Below, piece by piece: positions 16,976 to 25,609 of a DNA stretch of 31,064 bases. Source of the DNA: Candidatus Omnitrophota bacterium (GTDB lineage Bacteria; Omnitrophota; Gorgyraeia; JABMRG01; JAFGKX01); contig CP070655.1 in the NCBI GenBank assembly GCA_020354945.1, forward strand, positions 148,667-179,730, written 5' to 3'. The translations under genes and the position numbers were made by a program. How positions within the stretch are numbered: the first letter of the stretch is position 1; the number at the start of each line of letters is the position of its first letter. The notes beneath the pieces are model-generated. The model was not told the origin of the DNA and searched no databases. It worked only from the letters and a program-made list of their open reading frames with translations.

Positions 16976-17728
16976 ATGGAAAAGATTACATTAAACGCAC
17001 AGATAAGAGAAGATACCGGTAAGAGCGCGAGCAGACGATTACGAAACAATTATACGATACCGGCAGTTGTATATAAACAGGCAGAAAAGACTCTTCCTAT
17101 ACAGGTTAAAACGACCGATTTTATTCATATATTACACACTGCTGCCGGAGAGAATGTAATTATAAGCTTAAAAATCGCACCATTGGTGAAAACCCTGCCA
17201 GGCCGGCAGGTAAGCAAATCAAGCAGCGCCATCAAGACCGTAATTATAAAAGAGATACAATACCATCCTACAAAGGAAAATATATTGCATATTGACTTTC
17301 AGGAAATATCTTTAACTGAGAAGATCACAGTCAAAGTTCCCATAGTATTAAAAGGTGAAGCGGTAGGAGTCAAGACCGAAGGGGGCATCTTAGAGCAGAT
17401 GACCAAAGAACTTGAGATAGAATGCCTGCCTACTAAGATACCGGAAAAAATAGAATTTAATATAGAGGCGATGAAGATAGGTGACATCGTTCATGTGAAA
17501 GAACTGGAGATCCCGGCTGATGTTAAGGCATTAGTTGATTCAGAGCAGGCAGTAGTTTCAGTTTCGCCACCAAAGGTTGAAGAAGTCACAGTTGCAGAAG
17601 AAGTAGCAGAGGAAGCAATAGAAGAACCTGAAGTTATAACTGAAAAGAAGGCAGAGGAGAGAAAAGCCGAAGCAGCAGAAGAAGAAGAAGCGAAGAAAAA
17701 GGAAGGCGAAAGGCCAGAGAGTTCGTAG
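16976..17728 (+). CDS. rplY: 50S ribosomal protein L25 / Ctc
   Basis: GKSASRRLR, IPAVVY, HIDF, GVK.EGG, acidic tail; carries a short insert at ~17177-17215. Confidence 0.96.
   Translation: MEKITLNAQIREDTGKSASRRLRNNYTIPAVVYKQAEKTLPIQVKTTDFIHILHTAAGENVIISLKIAPLVKTLPGRQVSKSSSAIKTVIIKEIQYHPTKENILHIDFQEISLTEKITVKVPIVLKGEAVGVKTEGGILEQMTKELEIECLPTKIPEKIEFNIEAMKIGDIVHVKELEIPADVKALVDSEQAVVSVSPPKVEEVTVAEEVAEEAIEEPEVITEKKAEERKAEAAEEEEAKKKEGERPESS
17178..17210. repeat. CACCA-T-TGGTG plus CCTGCC-AGGCC-GGCAGG palindromes inside rplY
   Basis: Encodes PLVKTLPGR in a loop of L25. Confidence 0.65.
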
Positions 17729-17786
17729 TTATGAGTTTCTGTCTGCCGGCAGGCAGGCGTAGTTCGTGGACTACGAACTACGAACC
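17719..17786. repeat. Head-to-head heptamer array (RAGTTCG / CGAACTA) with nested 20-bp palindrome
   Basis: GAGTTCG TAGTTAT GAGTT[TCTGTCTGCCGGCAGGCAGG]CG TAGTTCG TGGACTA CGAACTA CGAACCA. Confidence 0.9.
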
Positions 17787-17790
17787 AAAA

Positions 17791-18351
17791 ATGAAGCTTA
17801 TAGCGGGGTTAGGCAACCCCGGTAAAAAATATGTAAATACCAGGCACAATATAGGATTTCGCGTAACTGATAAATTAGTTTATAAATATAATGCCGGGTT
17901 TAAGAAGAAGCTCTTTAAAAAGGCAAAAGAGGCAAATTTGGAAATTTCGGGAGAAAGAATACTAATCTTGCAGCCCACAACCTATGTGAATCTTTCTGGT
18001 AGCTGCATTTGGCATTTTTATAAAAGACTAAAATTAGATTTGAAAGATTTATTGATCATATGCGACGATATAAATCTGCCAATCGGCAAAATAAGAATTA
18101 GGTCTTCCGGCTCCGCAGGAGGGCACAACGGATTAGCATCTATTATAAGTTGGCTAGGCACAGAAGAGTTCCCCAGGCTGAGAATAGGAATAAAGACAGG
18201 AGAACCCATAGAAGAGTTTTCCGAATATGTGCTTTCGGAGTTTTCAAAAAGTCAACAGCAGATAATAGAACAGGTTATTGAGAATGCTATTTTGGCTTGT
18301 GAGAGCTGGATTAAAGACGGCGTAGAAGTAACGATGAACAGGTACAACTAA
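17791..18351 (+). CDS. pth: Peptidyl-tRNA hydrolase
   Basis: MKLIAGLGNPG, TRHNIGF, GGHNGL, RLRIGI; true start is ATG 17791 (the longer ORF runs through repeats). Confidence 0.96.
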   Translation: MKLIAGLGNPGKKYVNTRHNIGFRVTDKLVYKYNAGFKKKLFKKAKEANLEISGERILILQPTTYVNLSGSCIWHFYKRLKLDLKDLLIICDDINLPIGKIRIRSSGSAGGHNGLASIISWLGTEEFPRLRIGIKTGEPIEEFSEYVLSEFSKSQQQIIEQVIENAILACESWIKDGVEVTMNRYN

Positions 18352-18362
18352 CGGAGAATACC

Positions 18363-18662
18363 ATGAGAGAATACGAAGCGATGGTCATTTTAAAGCCTGA
18401 ATTGCAAGGCGATGTGCTTAAGGTCTCCTTTAATGAAATTCTAGATATAATTAAAAAATATCGATGCGACATTGAAAATGTTAATGAATGGGGGAGGAGG
18501 CCTTTAGCTTATAATATTGCTAAAAATATAGAAGGTACATATTTTTTGGTTAAATTTAAAGGAGAACCCGAAAGCATTAGCGAAATTAACAGGGGATTTT
18601 CCTTAAATGAGAACATCCTCAGGGCTATGGTAACTGTCCAGCACAAAGAAAAGGTTACATGA
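18363..18662 (+). CDS. rpsF: 30S ribosomal protein S6
   Basis: MREYE, WGRR.LAY.I, ILR. Confidence 0.96.
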   Translation: MREYEAMVILKPELQGDVLKVSFNEILDIIKKYRCDIENVNEWGRRPLAYNIAKNIEGTYFLVKFKGEPESISEINRGFSLNENILRAMVTVQHKEKVT

Positions 18663-18751
18663 GGTTATGAGGTTACCTGCCTGCCTGCAGGCAGGCTTTA
18701 AAATGCAACCTTATGCAACCTCATTTAACCTAATGTAACTTCCTGTAACCT
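18652..18751. repeat. Head-to-head decamer array (AGGTTACATG / ATGYAACC) with nested 20-bp palindrome
   Basis: AGGTTACATG AGGTTATG AGGTTA[CCTGCCTGCCTGCAGGCAGG]CTTT then five 10-bp units at 18701-18750. Confidence 0.88.
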
Positions 18752-18774
18752 TCGTTAATAACGCAGGAGATAAT

Positions 18775-19239
18775 ATGGCAAATTTAAACAAAGTATTTTT
18801 GATAGGCAACTTAACCCGCGATCCGGAACTAAGATATACACCCAGTGGTTTAGCAGTAACCACATTTACCGTTGCAGTAAATAGGAATTACACTACCCAG
18901 TCCGGAGAAAAGAGAGAAGATGTAACATTTATGCGCGTGGTAGTGTGGGGAAAACGTGCTGAGGTTTGTGGAGAGTATTTAAATAAGGGTTCTTTAGCGT
19001 TTGTAGAAGGACGTATTCAGAACAGAAGCTGGCAAGCTCAGGATGGCACCAAACGCAATACTGTAGAGGTTGTAGCTAATAATGTTCAGTTTCTCGGTGC
19101 TCGCAAAGGTGCCGTTGCGGCAGAAAAACACCCTGTGGATGAAACGCAAGAGCCGTTGGATATTGCGCCTGATGTCGATATCCCACCAGGGCAGACGAAG
19201 AATGATAAGAGCAATTCCGAAGACCAGGTCCCTTTTTAA
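18775..19239 (+). CDS. ssb: Single-stranded DNA-binding protein
   Basis: NKVFLIGNLTRDPELRYT, VEGR, C-terminal EDQVPF. Confidence 0.97.
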   Translation: MANLNKVFLIGNLTRDPELRYTPSGLAVTTFTVAVNRNYTTQSGEKREDVTFMRVVVWGKRAEVCGEYLNKGSLAFVEGRIQNRSWQAQDGTKRNTVEVVANNVQFLGARKGAVAAEKHPVDETQEPLDIAPDVDIPPGQTKNDKSNSEDQVPF

Positions 19240-19254
19240 ATGTGAGGTAGAAAC

Positions 19255-19515
19255 GTGGCGAAGAAAAAGATGAGGAAGAAAAAAAGAATACGCAGACCTT
19301 TTGCTTTTGTAACTAAAAAGTTTTGTAGATTTTGCAGGGAAAAGATAGAAAAAATAGATTATAAAGATATTAATCTTCTCTCCAGATATACAACCGAGCA
19401 GGGTAAAATTCTACCCAGCCGAATATCCGGAAATTGTTCATATCATCAAAGACAACTAGCCAGAGCCATAAGGCGGACCAGGGCAGTTTCTTTGCTGCCA
19501 TATACCAGGGGATAG
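19255..19515 (+). CDS. rpsR: 30S ribosomal protein S18 (Zn-binding form)
   Basis: [27 protein letters not shown]. Confidence 0.96.
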   Translation: MAKKKMRKKKRIRRPFAFVTKKFCRFCREKIEKIDYKDINLLSRYTTEQGKILPSRISGNCSYHQRQLARAIRRTRAVSLLPYTRG

Positions 19516-19519
19516 GATG

Positions 19520-19570
19520 AACCCCGCCCTTCCCAGGAAGAGTGGGGTTAAAAGAAAGGAAGAGCGGGGT
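19520..19570. repeat. Hairpin with one left arm and two alternative right arms between rpsR and rplI
   Basis: AACCCCGCCCTTCC (19520-33), GGAAGAGTGGGGTT (19536-49), GGAAGAGCGGGGT (19558-70). Confidence 0.8.
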
Positions 19571-20012
19571 GAAGCTTATATTAATTGAAGATATAGAAAA
19601 CCTTGGAAAAGCAGGCGATATAATAGAAGTTAAAAACGGTTATGCCAGAAACTATCTTATTCCTCGTGCCCTAGCCCTTGAGGCTACTACCCCTAATTTA
19701 AAAATTGCAGAAAAAACCAGACAAAAACAGCAGCTTAAATTAGAAAAGATTAAACAGCAAGCAACTCAAATTGCTAAAAAGCTATCTTCTACCTCTTGCA
19801 CCATAACCATGCCTGCAGGAGAAGATGATAAACTTTTTGGCGCTGTGACTGCGCAGGATATAGCAGAAGCGCTTAAACAGGAAGGCATTGTAATTGACAA
19901 AAAGGATATAATACTTAAGACACCTATACATAAGTTAGGAATATATAATGTCGAAGTTAAACTGCACCCTGAAATCAGTCAGGAGTTGAAGGTCTGGGTG
20001 ATAAAACAGTAA
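19569..20012 (+). CDS. rplI: 50S ribosomal protein L9
   Basis: GTG start; KLIL..D..NLG..GD, GYARNYLIP, KLFGAVT, LHPE. Confidence 0.96.
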   Translation: MKLILIEDIENLGKAGDIIEVKNGYARNYLIPRALALEATTPNLKIAEKTRQKQQLKLEKIKQQATQIAKKLSSTSCTITMPAGEDDKLFGAVTAQDIAEALKQEGIVIDKKDIILKTPIHKLGIYNVEVKLHPEISQELKVWVIKQ

Positions 20013-20063
20013 TCAGTTCTCAGTAATTAGCTGAAAACTGAATACCGATAACAGAAAACTAAC
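20007..20063. repeat. Head-to-head heptamer array (CAGTAAT / CTGAAAA)
   Basis: CAGTAAT CAGTTCT CAGTAAT TAG CTGAAAA CTGAATA CCGATAA CAGAAAA CTAAC. Confidence 0.8.
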
Positions 20064-20089
20064 CCGGGGTGTCCCCACAGGAGAATACA

Positions 20090-21451
20090 ATGGCGCAAGA
20101 GTCTATTGAAAAGATGCCTCCCCAGAGCAACGAGGCGGAAATAGCGGTATTGGGCTCGATGTTACTCGAAGAGAACGCTATTTCTCAAGTAATAGAGTTA
20201 TTAGAAGAAAATTATTTTTATAATGAAAACCACAGCCAGATTTTCAATGCCATTATATCTATTTACACTAAGAATAAGCCGGTGGACCTTATTACGGTTA
20301 TTGAAGAACTTAAGAGAAACAATACTCTGGAGAAGGTTGGAGGCGCTTCGTATATCACCGGCCTCACCCAGGCCGTGCCTACTGCTGCTAATGTAACACA
20401 TTATGCCAAAATAGTGCGGGAAAGATACGTCATAAGGAGTCTTATAACTACATGCACCCAAATAGCCTCTGAATCTTATCAGGGAGAAACCGGCGCTGAT
20501 GAACTTTTAGATAAGGCCGAAAGACAGATATTTGGAATAATGACAGAAAAGACAGACGTCTCTTCAGTGCCCGTATCTGAGGTAATAAAGGATAGTATAG
20601 AGGAAATCGATAGCATGTATCAGAGAAAAGAGAGTATCATTGGAATTCCAACCGGTTTTCATCAGTTTGATATAATGACAGCGGGGCTTCAGCCATCCGA
20701 TTTAATAATTATAGCAGGCCGGCCCTCAATGGGCAAAAGTGCATTAGCTACTTGCATTGCGCAACATGTGGGCGTTGAGGAAGGTATGCCAACTGTTATG
20801 TTTAGTTTAGAAATGGCCAAAAGACAATTGGCCCAGAGGATGCTTTGTTCGCATGCAAAAGTAGATTTTCAAAAAGTAAGAACGGGTTTCTTATCGCAAA
20901 GCGATTGGCCAAAACTAACCAATGCAGCTAGCAAACTTTCAGAGGCGCCCATATATATAGATGATACTCCGGCTATATCAATTTTGGAATTAAGGGCCAA
21001 GTCCAGAAGGTTAAAAAACCAGCATGACATAAGGCTTATAATTGTGGATTATCTACAACTGATGCGTGGCCCCTCGAGGTCAGAAAATAGACAACAGGAA
21101 ATATCGGAAATATCCCGTTCCTTAAAAGCGCTGGCCAGGGAATTAAATGTCCCTGTCATTGGAATAAGCCAGCTTTCCCGGGCAGTAGAATCAAGATCAG
21201 ATAGAAGGCCTCAGCTGTCAGATTTAAGAGAGTCAGGAGCAATAGAGCAGGATGCCGACGTAGTTTTGCTTCTGCTGCGGGAGGAGTATTACAACCCAAC
21301 TCCAGAAAACAGAGGATTAGCAGAACTTATAGTAGCAAAACAAAGAAATGGCCCGGTAGGTACTCTGAATTTAGCATTTATTAAGGAATATACCCGATTT
21401 GAAAATCTCGCTAAAAGAAGAGAAGTCGCAGAAGAAGAAATAGAGGTATAA
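20090..21451 (+). CDS. dnaB: Replicative DNA helicase
   Basis: PPQS.EAE, AGRPSMGKS, FSLEM, VDYLQL, SQLSR, DLRESGAIEQDAD, KQRNGP; AGGAG RBS. Confidence 0.98.
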   Translation: MAQESIEKMPPQSNEAEIAVLGSMLLEENAISQVIELLEENYFYNENHSQIFNAIISIYTKNKPVDLITVIEELKRNNTLEKVGGASYITGLTQAVPTAANVTHYAKIVRERYVIRSLITTCTQIASESYQGETGADELLDKAERQIFGIMTEKTDVSSVPVSEVIKDSIEEIDSMYQRKESIIGIPTGFHQFDIMTAGLQPSDLIIIAGRPSMGKSALATCIAQHVGVEEGMPTVMFSLEMAKRQLAQRMLCSHAKVDFQKVRTGFLSQSDWPKLTNAASKLSEAPIYIDDTPAISILELRAKSRRLKNQHDIRLIIVDYLQLMRGPSRSENRQQEISEISRSLKALARELNVPVIGISQLSRAVESRSDRRPQLSDLRESGAIEQDADVVLLLLREEYYNPTPENRGLAELIVAKQRNGPVGTLNLAFIKEYTRFENLAKRREVAEEEIEV

Positions 21452-21453
21452 AT

Positions 21454-21504
21454 AAAATTAAAAATTAAAAACTAAAAATTTCAATTTTGCATTTTACATC
21501 TTTC
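21454..21504. repeat. Head-to-head AT-rich heptamer array (AAAATTA / ATTTTRC)
   Basis: AAAATTA AAAATTA AAAACTA AAAATTT CA ATTTTGC ATTTTAC ATCTTTC; low complexity lowers confidence. Confidence 0.6.
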
Positions 21505-21541
21505 CATATTTATTATAAATTAAATAAAATAAGGAATTATT

Positions 21542-23857
21542 ATGAATAATAAACACCTACCTATTATTTTGATAATGATATTATTACAGATGGGATTTTT
21601 GGCATTTTTTCTACAGCCAGTCAATGCTCAAGAAAAGATAAAAGAGCGGGTAGTCACCGATGTAGTAATTTCCGGTAATCGCGCAGTCAGCACCGATACC
21701 ATCCTTTTAAAGATAAAAACAGCCATCGGCAGAAAGTTGATACAGAAACAACTTAACGAGGACATAAAAAGATTATATGCCACCGGCTTTTTTACCGATG
21801 TGGGCGTTGAGTTAGAAGATTATAAAGAAGGGACGAGGGTTATCTTCTCTGTAACAGAAAAAGCAGTGATAAAGAAAATAATTTTTCAGGGCAACGAATC
21901 TATTGCGGAAGCCCGCCTTAAAAAAGAGATAGAAACGAAGTTAGAGGATGTCTTAAGCAAAAGAATATTAGCTTCCGATGTCAAGAAGCTAAAGGCTTAC
22001 TATCGCAAAAAAGGATTTCCGCTCATTGAAGTGGATTATAAGACAGAAATAGACGATGAAAACAGGGCCGCTGTATACATTGTGATAGATGAGAAGATAA
22101 GATACAGGATAAAGGAAATAGAATTCCTCGGCAACAAATCCTTTAACGATAAGGTACTACTTAAACATATGTCTACAAGAACGGCTGGTTGGTTTAAGTC
22201 GGGCATATTGGATAAAAGCGTATTAGAAGAGGATACAGAAAAAATAGAGGCATTTTATCAAAGCCATGGTTATATAGATGCGGAGGCAGATAGCCGGGTT
22301 GAATATAAAAGGCCGGAAAAGGGAATTTATATTACCATAAATATAAAAGAGGGCTTAAAGTATACGGTCGGTGAGATTTCCTTAAAGGGCAATCTTATGT
22401 TTAAAGATTCCAAAATCTTTAAAGAGCTAAAGAGGAAAAAGGGCGATGCCTATAACCCTCAGCAGTTAAGGACAGATGTGATAAAAATTCAAACCTTATA
22501 TTTTGATAAAGGATATATGAACTGCAAGGTTGCCCCTGAGGTGTTACTCGATAAAAAGACCCAATCTATTAATATAACCTACGTTGTAACAGAAGGCGAG
22601 ATTGTTTACGTTAATAAGATAAGGATAACCGGCAACACCAAGACAAAAGATGTGGTTATAAGGAGAGAACTTAGGCTTTATCCCGGAGATAAATATGAAG
22701 GGGAGAAACTACGCCGTTCTAAAGAAAGGCTTTATAATTTAGGATTTTTCGAAGAGGTAATATTTGACACCGAGCCTACCTCTGTACCGGATAAGAAAAA
22801 TTTGGCAGTGAGTATAAAAGAGGCAAAAACCGGAGAATTCTCGTTTGGCGGCGGCTACAGTTCAATAGACAGACTGATTGGTTTTGTGCAGATTCAACAG
22901 AGGAATTTTGATATTATGAATTTCCCAACCTTTACCGGGGCCGGACAAGATCTGGTTTTAAGAGGCACGTTTGGCTCAATTAGAAGAAATTACGAGTTAA
23001 GCTTCACCGAACCGTGGATATTTGGATATCCGCTTTCTTTTGGTTTTGACCTTTACGATTTGCAGACCTTGAGAAAATCTGCGCTTGGTTATGGATATGA
23101 TGAAGAGCATCTTGGCGGAGCTTTGCGATTAGGCAAAGAATTTACTGACTATGATAGAGCAGACCTTAAATATACGCTGGAGGAAGTAGAAATATCGGAT
23201 GTGCCCGATGACGCCTCAAGCGCATTAAAAAACGAAGAAGGTAAAAATACCTTAAGTACCTTGGCCTTGACATTAACCAGAGATACCAGGGACAACAGGT
23301 TTAGCCCTATAAGTGGATACTTAATATCAGGGACGTTTGAAAACGGAGGCGGATTTATCGGCGGAGATAAAGATTTTCTTAAGCTGAACTCCGGCGCCAG
23401 TGCCTATTTTAATTACCAAAAGAAATTAGTCCTTGAACTAAAAGGCCGTGGCGGATGGGTTGATGAATATGATGATAGCAAATCTGTACCGATATATAAA
23501 CGATTCTTCGCTGGCGGCGCAAATACGGTAAGAGGGTATAAGGAAAGGTCCATAGGGCCACGCGATACTAATACTGGCGATCCTATAGGCGGGGAGGCTA
23601 TGCTTGTGGGAAATGTTGAGTTGACTTACCCCGTATTTAAAAACTTTAAAGTAGCCACTTTTTACGATGTAGGCAATGTCTGGGCTGAAAGTGACGATAT
23701 TGGCGATGGGGATTTTAAATCAGGAATAGGCGTAGGCGTAAGGGTAAATACGCCCATAGGCCCTATCAAGGTAGACATGGGTTATCCTTTAGACGAAGCC
23801 CACCCCGGCGATGAGAAAAAGGTAAGATTTCACTTTAGCATGACCAGGGGATTTTGA
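21542..23857 (+). CDS. bamA: Outer membrane protein assembly factor BamA
   Basis: POTRA repeats (GN.KT.D.VIRRE), VRGY, P.GG, TPIGPI, terminal Phe. Confidence 0.96.
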   Translation: MNNKHLPIILIMILLQMGFLAFFLQPVNAQEKIKERVVTDVVISGNRAVSTDTILLKIKTAIGRKLIQKQLNEDIKRLYATGFFTDVGVELEDYKEGTRVIFSVTEKAVIKKIIFQGNESIAEARLKKEIETKLEDVLSKRILASDVKKLKAYYRKKGFPLIEVDYKTEIDDENRAAVYIVIDEKIRYRIKEIEFLGNKSFNDKVLLKHMSTRTAGWFKSGILDKSVLEEDTEKIEAFYQSHGYIDAEADSRVEYKRPEKGIYITINIKEGLKYTVGEISLKGNLMFKDSKIFKELKRKKGDAYNPQQLRTDVIKIQTLYFDKGYMNCKVAPEVLLDKKTQSINITYVVTEGEIVYVNKIRITGNTKTKDVVIRRELRLYPGDKYEGEKLRRSKERLYNLGFFEEVIFDTEPTSVPDKKNLAVSIKEAKTGEFSFGGGYSSIDRLIGFVQIQQRNFDIMNFPTFTGAGQDLVLRGTFGSIRRNYELSFTEPWIFGYPLSFGFDLYDLQTLRKSALGYGYDEEHLGGALRLGKEFTDYDRADLKYTLEEVEISDVPDDASSALKNEEGKNTLSTLALTLTRDTRDNRFSPISGYLISGTFENGGGFIGGDKDFLKLNSGASAYFNYQKKLVLELKGRGGWVDEYDDSKSVPIYKRFFAGGANTVRGYKERSIGPRDTNTGDPIGGEAMLVGNVELTYPVFKNFKVATFYDVGNVWAESDDIGDGDFKSGIGVGVRVNTPIGPIKVDMGYPLDEAHPGDEKKVRFHFSMTRGF

Positions 23858-23859
23858 TA

Positions 23860-24029
23860 AAGTGAGCTTTGATGTTGTTCGCTCGACTAATTTTTTACGC
23901 CGTACTTTTGGACTTATGGCTCGCAGCTTACACGCAATAGGTAAGAGCCTGCTGCAGCTCGCCATAAGCCCTAAAATGACATTTGGCGGAAAAAATTAAT
24001 TGTCTCGCTCACAACACCAAAGCTCACTT
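23860..24029 (-). mobile_element. 170-bp rod-like palindromic element (MITE/REP-like) between bamA and skp
   Basis: Terminal arms AAGTGAGCTTTGATGTTGT / ACAACACCAAAGCTCACTT (18/19); pairing continues to the centre with three TC/TC (minus-strand GA/GA) mismatches. Confidence 0.85.
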
Positions 24030-24052
24030 GTATATTGAGAATGGAGGAAATT

Positions 24053-24565
24053 ATGAATATGAAAGTTTGTAGTTTAGTTTTGCTGTTTGCGTTTATCTTT
24101 TCGACAGTTTTTGCACCAGCCTATGCTGCGGAATTAAAGATAGGCTATGTAGATGTAGCTCGTGTATTTGACAACTACAATAGGACAAAAGACCAGGATA
24201 AAATTCTTGAACAGCAGAATAACAAGAAAAAAGAAGAGAGAGACAAGATAGTTAAGCAGATAAGAAAGATGAAAGATGAGCTTGATATTTTAAGCGAGAA
24301 GGCCAAAGAGAGAAAACAAACCCAGATTGACGAAAAGATAAGAGAGCTTCAGGAATATGATCAACAGACCAGAAACGGTCTAAGACAGCAAAGAGACGAA
24401 GTGGTGCGGAAGATTTTAAAAGAGATAGAGCAAGTTACAGAAAAATATGCCAACGAGAATAGTTACACTATGATATTGAATAACAGGGTCCTTCTTTATG
24501 GTCAAAAGCAACACGACATTACGGATAAAATATTAAAGATACTGAATTCTGAATACAAAAAATAA
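24053..24565 (+). CDS. skp: Skp/OmpH periplasmic chaperone
   Basis: Signal peptide, KIGYVD, coiled coil, DITD.IL; GGAGG RBS; bamA-skp-lpxD order. Confidence 0.92.
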   Translation: MNMKVCSLVLLFAFIFSTVFAPAYAAELKIGYVDVARVFDNYNRTKDQDKILEQQNNKKKEERDKIVKQIRKMKDELDILSEKAKERKQTQIDEKIRELQEYDQQTRNGLRQQRDEVVRKILKEIEQVTEKYANENSYTMILNNRVLLYGQKQHDITDKILKILNSEYKK

Positions 24566-25609
24566 ATGGGAAAAAGTTTAAAAGAAATTGCATCAGCGAT
24601 AAACGGAAAGATTATTGGTGATGAAAATATAATTATTACCGGAGTATGCGGGATAAAGGAAGCCCAACAAGGCGATATCACTTTTCTGGCCCACCCAAAG
24701 TATAAATCATTCCTTCAAAAGAGCCATGCCTCGGCAATTATAACCTCAAAAGATATAAAATTCCCCTCCAAAGCGATAGTCCAGACAGAAAATCCATCTT
24801 TAGCTTTCACCAAAGTAATATCCATGTTCATGCCGCAGCGCTTAAAACATCCTGCGGGAATACATGAAAAAGCGGTTATCGGTAAAGATGTTAAGCTTGG
24901 CGAGAATGTTTCTGTAGGGGCTTGTTCGGTTATAGAAGATGGGACTTCTATAGCAAAAGAGGTTGTTGTTTATACTAACTGTTACTTAGGCAGAGATGTA
25001 AAAATAGGAAAAAACTCATTAATATATCCTAATGTAACCATAATGGAAGGTTCGATAATAGGTAAAAATGTTGTAATCCATAGCGGTTCGGTAATAGGCT
25101 CGGATGGTTTTGGATATGTTGAAGTTGAAGGCACACATCATAAGATTCCTCAAACAGGCATAGTAGTTATAGAAGACGGTGTTGAGATAGGAGCCAATGT
25201 TACAATAGACAGGGCCAGATTTGGAAAGACTCTTATTGGCAAAGGCACAAAGATAGACAACCTTGTCCAGATAGCCCATAATGTAAAAATAGGGCCAAAT
25301 TCAATTATAGTAGCTCAGGCAGGAATATCCGGCAGCACCACAATCGGTAAACACACAATATTGGCCGGTCAGGCAGGGCTGGTTGGGCATATAGATTTAG
25401 GAGACAATGTAATTGTGGGAGCTCAATCCGGCGTAACCAAATCTTTTCCATCAGATACTGTTGTTCTTGGCTCCCCCGCTAAGCCCAGCTCTGAACAGAG
25501 AAAGATTTTTGCATGCATAAGTAAACTGCCCGAGCTGTTTAATACATTAAAAAGAATAAAGAAGAAAGTGCTTAAAGATGACGGCAAATCAAAACACAAT
25601 AAAAAATGA
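24566..25609 (+). CDS. lpxD: UDP-3-O-acylglucosamine N-acyltransferase
   Basis: Hexapeptide repeats, [31 protein letters not shown]. Confidence 0.97.
   Translation: MGKSLKEIASAINGKIIGDENIIITGVCGIKEAQQGDITFLAHPKYKSFLQKSHASAIITSKDIKFPSKAIVQTENPSLAFTKVISMFMPQRLKHPAGIHEKAVIGKDVKLGENVSVGACSVIEDGTSIAKEVVVYTNCYLGRDVKIGKNSLIYPNVTIMEGSIIGKNVVIHSGSVIGSDGFGYVEVEGTHHKIPQTGIVVIEDGVEIGANVTIDRARFGKTLIGKGTKIDNLVQIAHNVKIGPNSIIVAQAGISGSTTIGKHTILAGQAGLVGHIDLGDNVIVGAQSGVTKSFPSDTVVLGSPAKPSSEQRKIFACISKLPELFNTLKRIKKKVLKDDGKSKHNKK

Noticed and set aside
17580-17710. GAA/GCA-rich repeats at the rplY 3' end
   Set aside because: Explained by the usual Glu/Ala/Lys-rich L25 tail.
17731-17790. N-terminal extensions of pth (and similarly rplI 19542, dnaB 20069, skp 24035, ftsH 8000)
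   Set aside because: The extensions run through repeat or RBS DNA; downstream starts match family N-termini or have better RBSs.
20090-21451. Intein in DnaB
   Set aside because: Normal length, contiguous helicase motifs and no intein signature.
23860-24029. Rho-independent terminator
   Set aside because: Far too long, lies within the bamA-skp operon, has no U-tract after the stem and folds worse on the sense strand.
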